Below, in pieces: positions 1-9,817 of a DNA stretch of 45,345 nt. Source of the stretch: Rhodospirillales bacterium (GTDB lineage Bacteria > Pseudomonadota > Alphaproteobacteria > Acetobacterales > Acetobacteraceae); contig JAYTQW010000345.1 in NCBI GenBank assembly GCA_043746535.1, forward strand, positions 1 to 45,345. Direction: 5' to 3'. The notes under the pieces are model-generated. The model was not told where the DNA came from, made no database searches, and was given only the letters and a program-made list of their open reading frames with translations. Positions within the stretch are counted from its first letter, which is position 1. Each line of letters begins with the position of its first letter. The translations under genes were made by a program, and so were the position numbers.

Positions 1-36
1 GCCGAACGACTACAGCGACAGGAAGTTTGGCCGGAC

Positions 37-1389
37 ATGGTGCCTCCTTTGACAACCATCGCGCTGGAGAGCGTGGCGCGCATCGCCGTCCCGGTGCGCG
101 AGAGCGTCAAGCAGACGGTGGCGACCGGGCGCATCGGCCGGCTGCGCGCGGATTACGGCCTCGACCTGCTCAACCTGTTCATCGCCGATGTGCAGACCGG
201 GTTCGGGCCGTTCATCGCCGTCTATCTGACCGCGCGGACCTGGACAGCGGCGGAGATCGGCGCGGCGCTCAGCGTCGGCGCGCTGATCGCCATGCTGGCG
301 CAGGTGCCGGCGGGTGCGCTGATCGATGCCATACACCGCAAGCGGCTTGCCGGCGTGGTGGCACTGGGCTCAGTCGGCATCAGCGCCATGATGCTGGCGT
401 TGTTCCCGACGCGTGGGCCGGTGCTGACGGCGGAGGTGTTGCACGGCGTGGCGAGTTGCCTGCTGGGGCCTTCGGTCGCGGCGATCACATTGAGCCGGGT
501 CGGACGCCGCAACCTCGGCGAACGGCTCGGCCGCAACGCCCGGTTCTCGGCCATGGGCGCTGTGATCGGCGCCGGCACCATGGGGGCACTTGGCACCTGG
601 TGGGCGGCGCAGTCGGTGTTTTGGGCGGCGGCAGTGCTGACCTTGCCGGCCATCGTCGCCATCCTGACGCTGCCGCCGCGCCACGAGACGGAGCCTCGCC
701 CGGAGACGATCCGCCCGGCGCTGGTGGCGGTGCGCAAGGCGACCGGCGAGGGCTGGCACGTGCTGCTGGACCGGCGGCTGCTCATCTTCTGCGGCTGCGT
801 GGCCATGTTTCACCTCAGCAACGCCGCGATGCTACCGCTGGCGGCGGGCGCGTTGAGCGGCGTCGCCGGCAACCACGCCAACCTGGTGGTGGCGGGCGCG
901 CTGATGGTGCCGCAGGCGATCGTCGCCCTGCTGTCGCCCTGGACCGGGCGGCTGGCGGAGCGGCGCGGGCGGCGGCTCATGCTCATGCTTGGGTTTGCCG
1001 CCTTGCCGGCGCGCGGCATCCTGCTGGCGATCTTCACCACGCCGGGCATGGTCATCGCAACACAGGCGCTGGACGGCATCGGCGGCGCGGTGATGGGGGT
1101 GGCGCTGCCGCTGCTGGCCAGCGACATCACCCGGGGCACCAACCGCTTCAACCTCTGCCTCGGTCTGTTCGGGCTGGCGGTCGGCATCGGTGCCTCGCTT
1201 GGCCTCAGCGGCAGCGGCTGGATCGCCACGCATTTCGGCCACTCCGCCGCATTCTGCGCGCTGGCCGGGGTCGGCGCCGCCGGGCTGCTGCTGGTGGCGC
1301 TGACGATGCCGGAAACAAAGCCAGGCGAGAGCGGCGAGGCGCCGTCGAAAGCCTCAGACCCGCTGCCACTCGCCAGTGCGGGCGGGTAG
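37..1389 (+). CDS. MFS transporter (start uncertain)
   Basis: This frame gives many hydrophobic helices (GFGPFIAVYLTARTW, LSVGALIAMLAQVPAGALID, GFAALPARGILLAIF). The overlapping 27..1574 frame is Arg/Gly/Pro-rich off-frame junk. The 3' end overlaps the convergent symporter by 36 nt. Confidence 0.75.
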   Translation: MVPPLTTIALESVARIAVPVRESVKQTVATGRIGRLRADYGLDLLNLFIADVQTGFGPFIAVYLTARTWTAAEIGAALSVGALIAMLAQVPAGALIDAIHRKRLAGVVALGSVGISAMMLALFPTRGPVLTAEVLHGVASCLLGPSVAAITLSRVGRRNLGERLGRNARFSAMGAVIGAGTMGALGTWWAAQSVFWAAAVLTLPAIVAILTLPPRHETEPRPETIRPALVAVRKATGEGWHVLLDRRLLIFCGCVAMFHLSNAAMLPLAAGALSGVAGNHANLVVAGALMVPQAIVALLSPWTGRLAERRGRRLMLMLGFAALPARGILLAIFTTPGMVIATQALDGIGGAVMGVALPLLASDITRGTNRFNLCLGLFGLAVGIGASLGLSGSGWIATHFGHSAAFCALAGVGAAGLLLVALTMPETKPGESGEAPSKASDPLPLASAGG

Positions 1390-2853
1390 CGCCCACGACA
1401 CCGCCGCCGCCACGACGATGTTCAGCGCCAGCGCCAGCACGCCGATATAGACCGTGTAGCCGGGCAGGATGGCATAGGTCGGCTTCAGCCCGGCGGCCAC
1501 CGCCAGCACGGTGCCGAACACGAAGCCGGCCGCCCAGCCCGCCAGCAGGCCGGGAGCGCGGAAGCGGTCGGTGAACAGGCCGAACACCACCGCCGGGAAT
1601 GTCTGCAGGATCCACATGCCGCCGAGCAGTTGCAGGTCGAGCGCGTACTGGGTCGGCAGGAACAGGATCACCAGCAGCGCGCCGACCTTGACAAGCAGGC
1701 TGGTGGCCTTTGCCACCGCCGCCTCGCCGGAAGGCGTCACCGCCGGGTTGACATAGGCCTTCCAGACGTTGCGGGTGAACAGGTTGGCGGCCCCGATCGA
1801 CATCACCGCCGCCGGCACCAATGCGCCGATGGCGATGGCGGCGAAGGCAAAGCCCACGAACCAGCCGGGGAACAGCGCCTGGAACAGTGCCGGCACCACC
1901 TCGTTGCCGTTCGTGACGCGCACCCCGGCGGCATAGGCCATGTAGCCCATCAGCGCGATCAGGCCGAGCAGCAGCGTGTAGATCGGCAGCAGCAGCGCGT
2001 TCTTTCGGATGGTGTCGGCGCTGCGGGCGGCGAACACCCCGGTCAGCGTGTGCGGATACATGAACGCGGCAATGGCGGAGCCGAGCGCCAGCGTCGCATA
2101 CGGCAGCATCTGCGCCGACGTCAGCGTCAAGCCCCCGCTGCCCTTGGCCTTGAACGCCGCATCGGCGGCGGCGAACACCGCGCCATAGCCGCCCAACTGG
2201 CTGGGGATCAACGCCACCGCCACCAGCACCACGACGTAGATCATGATGTCCTTGACGAAGGCGATCAGCGCCGGCGCGCGCAGGCCGGACGAGTAGGTGA
2301 ACAGCGCCAGGATGGTGAACGCCGCCGCCAGTGACAGCTCCGACGGCAGGCCGAGCGCCTTGATGACCACGCCCATGCCGATCAGTTGCAGCGCGATGTA
2401 TGGCATCGTCGCCAGCACCCCGGTCGCCGCCACCGCCAGCTCCAATGCGCGCGAGCCGTAGCGGCCATGCACCACGTCGGCGGCGGTGACGTGGCCGGCC
2501 CGCTGCGCCACCGTCCACAGGCGCGGCATGATGGCGAACACGATCGGATAGACGATGATGGTGTACGGCAGCGCGAAAAACCCGTACGCGCCGACGCCAT
2601 AGACCAGCGCCGGCACCGCGATGACGGTGTAGGCGGTGTAGAAATCGCCGCCGACCAGGAACCAGGTGATCCAGGTGCCGAACTGGCGCCCGCCCAGCCC
2701 CCACTCGTCCAGATGGGCAAGCGTGGCCGGACGCCGCCAGCGCGCGGCGACGAGGCCCATGACGGTAATAAGCAGGAAGAACGCCAGGAACACCGCCAGC
2801 GCCGCCCGGTCGAGAGTGACGCTCACGACCTGTGGCTCCGATAGACGAGCCAA
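1354..2853 (-). CDS. Sodium:solute symporter (SSF) family permease
   Basis: 499 aa polytopic membrane protein. The N-terminal region (GGRQFGTWITWFLVGGDFYTAYTVIAVPALVYG) is typical of SSF permeases, and it is paired with an upstream DUF3311 gene, as in known SSF two-gene units. Confidence 0.85.
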   Translation of the reverse strand: MARLSEPQVVSVTLDRAALAVFLAFFLLITVMGLVAARWRRPATLAHLDEWGLGGRQFGTWITWFLVGGDFYTAYTVIAVPALVYGVGAYGFFALPYTIIVYPIVFAIMPRLWTVAQRAGHVTAADVVHGRYGSRALELAVAATGVLATMPYIALQLIGMGVVIKALGLPSELSLAAAFTILALFTYSSGLRAPALIAFVKDIMIYVVVLVAVALIPSQLGGYGAVFAAADAAFKAKGSGGLTLTSAQMLPYATLALGSAIAAFMYPHTLTGVFAARSADTIRKNALLLPIYTLLLGLIALMGYMAYAAGVRVTNGNEVVPALFQALFPGWFVGFAFAAIAIGALVPAAVMSIGAANLFTRNVWKAYVNPAVTPSGEAAVAKATSLLVKVGALLVILFLPTQYALDLQLLGGMWILQTFPAVVFGLFTDRFRAPGLLAGWAAGFVFGTVLAVAAGLKPTYAILPGYTVYIGVLALALNIVVAAAVSWALPARTGEWQRV

Positions 2854-2999
2854 GTGAGGAGCATGGTCAGCGGCACCCAGGCCAACTGGTACCAGTAGAA
2901 GAACGGGAAGCCGAACAGGACCGGGTCGCGCCCGTTATAGAACGGCACCCATAGCAGGCCCACGAACGGCAGCAGCAGCAACAGGCGCATCGTCCGCAT
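2823..2999 (-). CDS. DUF3311-type small membrane protein (symporter partner)
   Basis: 58 aa (MRTMRLLLLLPFVGLLWVPFYNGRDPVLFGFPFFYWYQLAWVPL...) taken from the C-terminal part of ORF 2823..3635. It overlaps the symporter start by 31 nt. The rest of the 270-aa ORF is low-complexity. Confidence 0.7.
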   Translation of the reverse strand: MRTMRLLLLLPFVGLLWVPFYNGRDPVLFGFPFFYWYQLAWVPLTMLLTWLVYRSHRS

Positions 3000-3064
3000 C
3001 CCCCAACGCGCCGCCCTGGCGGGCGGCTGGTTGGGGCAATTCGACAGGACGGCGCGCGGTCGCG

Positions 3065-3622
3065 TCAACCACGAATGCGGCGGTAGGCATTGCGGGCGTC
3101 CCGCTGGTATTGCGGCGGCGCCAGCGGGCGGGGAGACAGCGGGCGGGGCGCCAGCGGGCGGGGCGCCAGCGGGCGGGGCGACAGGCCGCCGGCGATCACC
3201 GCGACCATCATGCCGAACAGGGCGTGCAGGCCGACCCGTTCCACCACCACCGCCGGCAGTTCCGGCGTCGCCTCGCGGGCAACGCCTGCTCCGGATACCG
3301 GCCGCATGTAACGCCCCGCATACAGCATCAGGCCATAGACGCTGCCGGCCAGCAGTGGATGCGCCGGATGCCTCCGGCGTTGCAGGACGCCGTAGAGCGC
3401 ACCCGCCACGGTGGTCGCGGTCAGCCAGTTGGTGCGCGCGTACCGCCTGGCCGTGGCCGGACCCAGCCGGCGGTCGAGTGCCAGGGTGCGGCCGAGCGCC
3501 TGCTCCTGCTGCTCGACCGAGGTGTAGTTGATGAACCCGTTGCGTCGCCCGGCGCGGACCACCTCGCCGATCGTCACCCCCGCCAGCAAGCCGCCCAAGG
3601 CGCCGGTCACCATTCGTCCCAT
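3065..3622 (-). CDS. Hypothetical membrane protein with C-terminal (PRPLA)x4 repeat
   Basis: 185 aa with four hydrophobic segments (MVTGALGGLLAGVTIG, WLTATTVAGALYGVL, LLAGSVYGLMLYAG, LHALFGMMVAVIAGGL) followed by SPRPLAPRPLAPRPLSPRPLAPP. I do not recognise a family. Confidence 0.5.
   Translation of the reverse strand: MGRMVTGALGGLLAGVTIGEVVRAGRRNGFINYTSVEQQEQALGRTLALDRRLGPATARRYARTNWLTATTVAGALYGVLQRRRHPAHPLLAGSVYGLMLYAGRYMRPVSGAGVAREATPELPAVVVERVGLHALFGMMVAVIAGGLSPRPLAPRPLAPRPLSPRPLAPPQYQRDARNAYRRIRG
3119..3181. repeat. 15-bp tandem repeat x4 (ccagcgggcggggcg units), in-frame within CDS 3065..3622
   Basis: Direct reading gives ccagcgggcggggag / acagcgggcggggcg / ccagcgggcggggcg / ccagcgggcggggcg. 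On the minus strand this encodes PRPL(A/S) x4. Confidence 0.9.
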
Positions 3623-3695
3623 CGCCGCACTCCATGCCGATTGAGCAACAACAACATCCAGGAAGGCCGGGAGTTCGCCGGCGCTCGATGCGGTC

Positions 3696-6600
3696 CTAAT
3701 ACTCGAACTGATACGTCAGCCCGATGCTGGTGCCGGTCGACTGCGTGCTGGCCGCCGCGCCCGTAGCTGAGCCGCCGCCGGTGCCGACCGCAGTTTCCAG
3801 CTTGAGCCGCTTGGTCAGGTCGACCTGCACCGTCGCCTGGGTGCCGTTGCCCGACGTGCTCTGCTTGGCGCCGACATAGACGCCGCGCGCCACGTATTTG
3901 CCGGCCTCGACCATGCTGCTGGTCCCGCCGCCGCCGCCGCCGACCGAAAGCCGGTCCAGGCCGAGGCCCTGGCGCACCGCGCTGAGCGGGTCGAAGCTGC
4001 CGCTGGCCCCGGTCGTCATCTGCGCCAGCGCCGCGGCGATCTGCGCCAGTTGGAACGGCCCCAGGCTGGCGGCGCTCTGGCCGAACAGCAGCCGCGCCAG
4101 CACCTCGTCCTGCGGCGCTTCGGGCACCGAGCTCAGCGTGATCTTCGGGTTGCTGGCATAGCCGCCGATGGTCAGCGTGGCGACGAAATTGCCCGAATTG
4201 CTGGTGGCGACGAAGTTTAGCGTAGGGTCGAGCCTGCCACTGCCGTCGAAGCCGACCTGGCCGCTGGTGAAGGTGAGGGTCTGCCCGGCCAGGCTGAAGA
4301 TCCCGTGCCGCAGCTTGAACGTCCCATCGGGGCGCGGCGCGCTGGCGGTGCCGCCGATGTGGAACGAGCCTTCCAGCTCCGCGTCGAGGCCACGTCCGCG
4401 CACGAACACCTGGCCGGGCGCGTTGAGCGTGAGGTCGAGCGACACGTCCGGTCCAGGCGCTGGCGGCGGGGCTGGTTTGTCGCCCGGCCGGCGCACCGCC
4501 AGCGTGGCAAGCGAGACCGGCAACTGTTCCGGCACGCGGATCTCGGCGCCGTCGACGGTGATCCGGCCGCTGGCCGCCAGCGCGCCCTGCAACGCGCCGC
4601 GCAAGGCGAGGTCGGAGTCCAGCACGGCGGTCAGCTTGTCGCTGGCCAGCGGCTTGGCGCGGCGCATGACCAGATGCAGGTCGACCGGCATCGGCGCCGC
4701 CACGCCGAGGGAGCCGGTGACGGCGATGGTACCCTCGCCGGCGCGGGCGTTCAGGTGCTGGATGACGATGCTCTGGCCCGCCGCCTGGAGCAGCGCGTCG
4801 ATATGATCGATGCGCGCACCCTGGGCGAAGTCCTGCACCTCGCCCCCGGTCAGCCGCAGCGTGCCGGCGACGCTGGGGGCGGACAGCGTGCCGGTGGCGG
4901 CGGCGTCGACGGCGAGCTGGCCGCGCGCGCGCTGGCCACGTGCGGACAGGACCGGGTCAAGCAGCGTGAGGTCGATGCCGCCGATTGCCCGCAGGTCCAT
5001 GCGCGCGCCGGGATCGATCGGCGCCGTCCCGGTGAGGCGCAGGTCGTTGCGGCCGAGCCGCAACTCGGCATTCACCTGCGCCGTGACCCCGGCCAGCGTG
5101 GCGTCGGCAGTCACCGAGGCCGGCGGCAGCGAGGCCGCCGGGCCGCCGCGCATGTGCAGGCCGGTGGCGGCCAGATGCACGCTGCCGGCGGGCCGCGCAA
5201 GCGAGCCGGTCAGGCGGGCGCGGGCGGACAGCGTGCCGCTGGCCTGGAGGTTAGGCACAACGATGCGCGCCAGGTCGGCGGTCGCGTGGTCGAGGCTGGC
5301 GGTGACGTCGAGCGTGGGGGACACGCGCCCGGCGATGTCGAGCAGCGCGCCGCCCAGCCCAAGCCGCAACCGGTCCACCGCCACGGTGTCGCCGAACGAC
5401 ACCCGCGCCGGCGTCAGCAGTCGCAACGCCGCTCCCTTCGCAGTCGCCTCGAACGCGGACAGCGCCACCGTCCTTGCGGGCAGGTCGAGCACGACGCTGG
5501 CGCTCGCCGTGGCAGGGCCGGCGGCGTGGGTGTTGGCGGTAAGGCTGGCCCGGATCGCCAGCGCGTCCCGCGGCCCGGACACGCTGGCCCGCGCGTCGGC
5601 CGACACGCCGCTCGCCTGCACGCCACGGGCGACCAGCCTGGCGTCCACGCTCATTGCGCCGAGCGGGTCGAGCACGCGGGCGTCCAGCGTGGCCAGGCCG
5701 ACCGATGCGGTGCCGGGCAGCCCGGCGCGGACGGCGCGCAAGCTGGCCTGCGCGGTGGTGTGGCCGGCGGCCTCGGTGAGGTCGGCCACCGCCTCCACCG
5801 ATCCGGTCAGTGCCTTGCCGGTCAGCCGGCGCAGGTCGTCCAGGCTGGCCATGCGCAACTCGACATGGCCGAGCGGCAGGCTGGCGCCGCTGGCCAGGGT
5901 CAATTTGCCCTGGGCGTGCGCGCTTTTCCAATCACCGCGCTGGATGTCGATTTGTGTCGCGCCATCCGCACCCCGTTGTGCCGACGCCGCCAGTTCGACG
6001 GGTGCTCCGTCAAGCATTCCGGAGGCGGTTACGGTGCCGGCGGGAGTGCCCGGCAGGCCGGTGGCCCGCACGCTGGCGGTGACATGGCCGCGTGCCATGC
6101 CGGTGGTGGCGATATCGCCGGCAAGGTCCGCCTCCGCCGCCAGGGCATCGAGCGGGCCGGCGGCATGGGCGGTCAGCGTGGCATTGCCCGCGAGCGTCGG
6201 GACAACATCGTGCAAATCGGCCAGGGCAATCGTGGTCGCGAGGTCGAGCCTACGCGCCACCAGCCCGCCTTTGGCCGACAGGTTCAGGCTGTGCCCGGCC
6301 AGTTCGAACCGCGACACGGTGACATCGCCGCCATGCAGCGCCGCCGAGACGCCGAGGCTCGCATCCGGCCCGATCAACGCCGGCACTGGCGCTGGGCCGC
6401 CGGTGATGCCGAGCGTGCCGTCCAGGGTCAGGTTCTCCGTACCGCCGCCGATGGCCGCCGCCACGTCGAACGCGCCGTGGCCGGCCAGGTCGACACCGCC
6501 CATCGCGGCCAACGGGTGCAGGTCGGGCGCCTCGATATGCGCCTTCACCTGGATCGCGCCGCCGGTGTCGGCGGTGCCATGCACGGCCAGCAGCGGATGC

Positions 6601-7748
6601 GTCAGGCTGAACGCCACCGGGCGGTTCGGCTGGTCCAGCTTGACCTCGCCCGCCAGCAGCAGCGGGTCGGCTTCCAGCAATCCGGGTTGCGGCCCCGGCA
6701 GGCGCAGGCCGGTGGCGGTGGCTTTCAGGCTGACCGCGCCGCGACTGCCTTGCAGGTTGGCGGCCAGATGGCGTAGGGCCGCGCCGCCCGCCTCCAGGCC
6801 GTCAAGGTCCAGATGCCCGGTCGCATCCGGCCGCGCGAACGGGCCGGCGACATGCGCGGTCAGCGCCAGGCTTTTGAACGCCACGCCCGCGACCGGACTC
6901 ATCGCCGGCGCGTGGGCGGCGATGTCGAGGTCGGCGGCCGAGTGGGTCACGTCGATGGTGCCATGCGCCGCCGCCCTCAGCGGCCCGGCGGCGAGGTCGA
7001 GCGCGGTCGCCACCGCCGCCCACGGCCCCTCGGCGGTCGCGTGCAGGTCGATGGCGCCCACATTGCCGGGCAGCCTTGCCGCCTTGGCAATGGCGCCGCC
7101 CGCCGTCTCGGTCACGTCCAGCGCCGCCCGCAGCATGGCCGGGTCGATATGGCCGCGCGCGTGATAGACCCCCGCGCCCGTCCCCAAACCCGCCCCCGAA
7201 CCCGCATCGCGTGCGCGCAGCGTCAGCTCGGCGTCGCCCTGCCGCAACGAGACGACATGCGCGGAGCCGTCGAGAGCCGCGTCGATGGCAAAGCCCACAA
7301 CCGGAGCGGCCAGTTCCACCCGGTCGACATGCAGCGCCCGCACATCGACCTGCACCGGCAATTGAAATGATTCGCCCCCGCCGGTGCTCGCCGTCGAGGC
7401 GCCGACCGGCTGGCGCATCACCGCGACCCGACGCGCCGACAGGCGTTGCACCTCGGCCACGCGGCCAAGCAGGCGGAGCGGCGTCCAGTCCAGCGCCGCG
7501 TCCTCGATCACCAGCCAGGTGCCCTGGGCATCACGCAGCTCGATGCGGCGGATGCGCGGGGCCGCCGGGAAGCTGCCGGAGATGCCTTGCAGCGCCACCA
7601 TGCCGCCTGTCAGCGAGGCGACTTGCGTCTCGGCCAGTCGCTGGCCAAAGCCGGTGTTGAGCAGGCCCAGCACCGCCGCCACCGCCAGCACCGGGACCAG
7701 CGCGATCACGGCAATGAGCCACAACAGCCAACGCCCGGTCCGCCGCAT
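3696..7748 (-). CDS. tamB: Translocation and assembly module protein TamB (DUF490)
   Basis: 1350 aa with an N-terminal membrane anchor (RWLLWLIAVIALVPVLAVAAVLGLL), a long beta-rich Gly/Ala/Thr body and a C-terminus GLTYQFEY. The start overlaps the tamA stop by 1 nt (TGATG). Confidence 0.9.
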   Translation of the reverse strand: MRRTGRWLLWLIAVIALVPVLAVAAVLGLLNTGFGQRLAETQVASLTGGMVALQGISGSFPAAPRIRRIELRDAQGTWLVIEDAALDWTPLRLLGRVAEVQRLSARRVAVMRQPVGASTASTGGGESFQLPVQVDVRALHVDRVELAAPVVGFAIDAALDGSAHVVSLRQGDAELTLRARDAGSGAGLGTGAGVYHARGHIDPAMLRAALDVTETAGGAIAKAARLPGNVGAIDLHATAEGPWAAVATALDLAAGPLRAAAHGTIDVTHSAADLDIAAHAPAMSPVAGVAFKSLALTAHVAGPFARPDATGHLDLDGLEAGGAALRHLAANLQGSRGAVSLKATATGLRLPGPQPGLLEADPLLLAGEVKLDQPNRPVAFSLTHPLLAVHGTADTGGAIQVKAHIEAPDLHPLAAMGGVDLAGHGAFDVAAAIGGGTENLTLDGTLGITGGPAPVPALIGPDASLGVSAALHGGDVTVSRFELAGHSLNLSAKGGLVARRLDLATTIALADLHDVVPTLAGNATLTAHAAGPLDALAAEADLAGDIATTGMARGHVTASVRATGLPGTPAGTVTASGMLDGAPVELAASAQRGADGATQIDIQRGDWKSAHAQGKLTLASGASLPLGHVELRMASLDDLRRLTGKALTGSVEAVADLTEAAGHTTAQASLRAVRAGLPGTASVGLATLDARVLDPLGAMSVDARLVARGVQASGVSADARASVSGPRDALAIRASLTANTHAAGPATASASVVLDLPARTVALSAFEATAKGAALRLLTPARVSFGDTVAVDRLRLGLGGALLDIAGRVSPTLDVTASLDHATADLARIVVPNLQASGTLSARARLTGSLARPAGSVHLAATGLHMRGGPAASLPPASVTADATLAGVTAQVNAELRLGRNDLRLTGTAPIDPGARMDLRAIGGIDLTLLDPVLSARGQRARGQLAVDAAATGTLSAPSVAGTLRLTGGEVQDFAQGARIDHIDALLQAAGQSIVIQHLNARAGEGTIAVTGSLGVAAPMPVDLHLVMRRAKPLASDKLTAVLDSDLALRGALQGALAASGRITVDGAEIRVPEQLPVSLATLAVRRPGDKPAPPPAPGPDVSLDLTLNAPGQVFVRGRGLDAELEGSFHIGGTASAPRPDGTFKLRHGIFSLAGQTLTFTSGQVGFDGSGRLDPTLNFVATSNSGNFVATLTIGGYASNPKITLSSVPEAPQDEVLARLLFGQSAASLGPFQLAQIAAALAQMTTGASGSFDPLSAVRQGLGLDRLSVGGGGGGTSSMVEAGKYVARGVYVGAKQSTSGNGTQATVQVDLTKRLKLETAVGTGGGSATGAAASTQSTGTSIGLTYQFEY

Positions 7749-9718
7749 CAGAACGCCTGGCCGATGCCGATATACGCCTCGACGATGTCGGTCTTCTCGC
7801 GCGTGTCCTTGTTCAGCGGCACGGCGACATCGAGCCGGATCGGGCCGATCGGCGTGTAGTAGCGGAAACCCGCGCCAGCGCCGATGCGCAGCGTGTTGGC
7901 GCCGTACAGTCGGCTCGACGAGGCGCCGACCTGGCCGGCATCGGCGAACACCACCGCGCCGTAGCTGGCGCCGAACCGCTGCCGGTACTCGAGCGTGCCA
8001 ACCTCGACCGAGGTGCCGCCGGCCGGCACGCCGTCGGCGAAGTGCGGGCCGACCGACTGGAAGCGGTAGCCGCGCACGGTGCCGCCGCCGCCAGCGTAGA
8101 AGCGCTGGTCCGGCGGCACGTCGAACGACTGCGCGCCGTTGATCTCGCCGACCAGCCCGCGCACCGCCAGCACGCTGCGCCCGCGCTGGCCGCCGAACAG
8201 GGCGGCCATGTCCAGGTAGGTCGAGCCGGATGCCTGCAACACCACGAATTCGGCGCTGCGGCCCGTACCGGCCACTGAACTGCCGCGACCACCGCTGGGC
8301 AGGCTCAGGCTGGGCGTGACATTGAGCGATACCCGCACGCCGTGGACCGGATCGAACAGCGAGCCAGTGGAGTCGTAGGCCGCCGTCAGCGGCGCCTGCA
8401 CCAGATTGTAGGTGCGTCGCGCGCCCTCTTGCCTGATCTGCGCCAGTTCGGTGGACAGGCCGCCGCTCAGGGTCAGTTCCGGCGTGATCCTGCGGCTGAA
8501 GATGGCGGAACCGAGGATGGCGGTGCGCTCGTAGGCCTGCAGATACTCCTGCAACGCGGTGGCGCCGAAGGTCAGCGACTGGTTGCGCGCCAGCCAGTCC
8601 GGCAGCAGCAGCGTGGCGCCGACATTATAGCCGGGCTGGCGCGACGCCGAGCCGCCAAGCTGGGTCGCAGCGGCGCTCAGCGTGAGTTGCTCGGCGTTGC
8701 CAAACAGGTTGCGGTGGGTCCAGGCTGCCGTAAGGCTGCCACCCTGGTCGGTGGAGAACGCCCCACTCAGCGTCACCGCGCGCAGCGGGCGTTCGGTCAC
8801 GTCGACGCGCACCGGCAAGCGTCCGGCGGCATCCAGCGCATCGGCGGGGGTGATGCGGACGCCGCCGAGCACCGGCACAGCGGCCAGGTCCTGCCGTGCC
8901 GCCTCGATGGCGCGGGGATCGAAGCGCTGGCCGGGTTGCAGCGGCAGACGGCGGCGGATGTAGCTCTCGCGCAAGGTCTGTTCGCCCGCCACGGTGATCG
9001 GGCCGAGGTCGACGCGCGGCCCCGCCGCCACCGCGTAGCTGACATCCAGCGTGTTGTGCGCCACGTCCAGCGTCGCCACCGGGCTGTCGACACGGGCCAA
9101 CGCCCGTCCGGCGTCGAGCAGGCCGCCCAGCAGGCGGTCGCGCGCGGCCAGCACGTCCGCCGCCCGCGCTGGCGCGCCAGGCGCCAGATGCAGCAGCGCC
9201 ACCGAGCCGGACGGCACGTCACCGGTCAGCCTGACCTGACCCAGATGGAACAGTTGGTTCGGCGTCACGGTGACGACCACCACCGCCGCCGGCTTGGCTG
9301 GCGCCGCGTCGAGCAATGCCGGCAGGGCCGGGTCGTCCAGGTCGCGTCCGGCAATGACGACTCCGACCGAGCCGAGATAGTAGCCGTAGCTGTGCAGCGC
9401 CTCGGTGATCCGGCCGACATCGCCGCGCGCCCGCGCCACCAGCCCGAACGAGCCGACCGGGGCGTTGTCGCGCAACGTCAGCAGCGTCGCCGATCCCTTG
9501 ATCGCCGCGTCCAGCGCCGGCTCGCCGGTCGGCTTGATGGTGACGACATAGGGCTGCGGATCGGCCGCGAAGACCGGATGGGGCAGCGCCAGCAGCGCGG
9601 CACCGAGCAGGAAGCCGGGTCCTACCAGCCCGCGTCGCGCGCGCGCCAGGCGCAAACTATCCCGGTGGAAAATACTATGTGTCCCGGTCATGTCGCCGAT
9701 TAACGCGCAGGAAAGCAC
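7748..9718 (-). CDS. tamA: Outer-membrane protein assembly factor TamA (Omp85/BamA family)
   Basis: 656-aa ORF with a signal peptide (LLGAALLALPHPVFAADP), POTRA-like repeats and a beta-barrel ending ...YIGIGQAF with terminal Phe. It lies directly upstream of tamB. The real start may be the internal Met at 9691. Confidence 0.9.
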   Translation of the reverse strand: MLSCALIGDMTGTHSIFHRDSLRLARARRGLVGPGFLLGAALLALPHPVFAADPQPYVVTIKPTGEPALDAAIKGSATLLTLRDNAPVGSFGLVARARGDVGRITEALHSYGYYLGSVGVVIAGRDLDDPALPALLDAAPAKPAAVVVVTVTPNQLFHLGQVRLTGDVPSGSVALLHLAPGAPARAADVLAARDRLLGGLLDAGRALARVDSPVATLDVAHNTLDVSYAVAAGPRVDLGPITVAGEQTLRESYIRRRLPLQPGQRFDPRAIEAARQDLAAVPVLGGVRITPADALDAAGRLPVRVDVTERPLRAVTLSGAFSTDQGGSLTAAWTHRNLFGNAEQLTLSAAATQLGGSASRQPGYNVGATLLLPDWLARNQSLTFGATALQEYLQAYERTAILGSAIFSRRITPELTLSGGLSTELAQIRQEGARRTYNLVQAPLTAAYDSTGSLFDPVHGVRVSLNVTPSLSLPSGGRGSSVAGTGRSAEFVVLQASGSTYLDMAALFGGQRGRSVLAVRGLVGEINGAQSFDVPPDQRFYAGGGGTVRGYRFQSVGPHFADGVPAGGTSVEVGTLEYRQRFGASYGAVVFADAGQVGASSSRLYGANTLRIGAGAGFRYYTPIGPIRLDVAVPLNKDTREKTDIVEAYIGIGQAF

Positions 9719-9817
9719 GAAGCTGCAACCCTAATCGCCGCACTGGCCACGCGGGAATCAAGCAAACATCATCACCCTGTCATTGTTGCAACCTGTGCCG
9801 CACGCTATGCTTTCGGC

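Noticed and set aside
806-821. TGTTTCAC half-site resembling parS inside the MFS gene.
   Set aside because: Only the left half matches. The right half (CTCAGCA) does not complete the palindrome.
27-2704. Alternative-frame ORFs 27..1574 (+) and 1205..2704 (-), which overlap the MFS and symporter genes on the same strands.
   Set aside because: The off-frame translations are dominated by R, G, A and P. The chosen frames give coherent transmembrane proteins.
4305-7164. Very long plus-strand ORFs (4305..6776, 823 aa; 4810..7164, 784 aa) opposite tamB.
   Set aside because: They have Arg/Gly/Ala/Pro-rich low-complexity translations with no motifs. These are typical antisense or off-frame open frames in ~70% GC DNA, and the tamB frame carries the recognisable protein.
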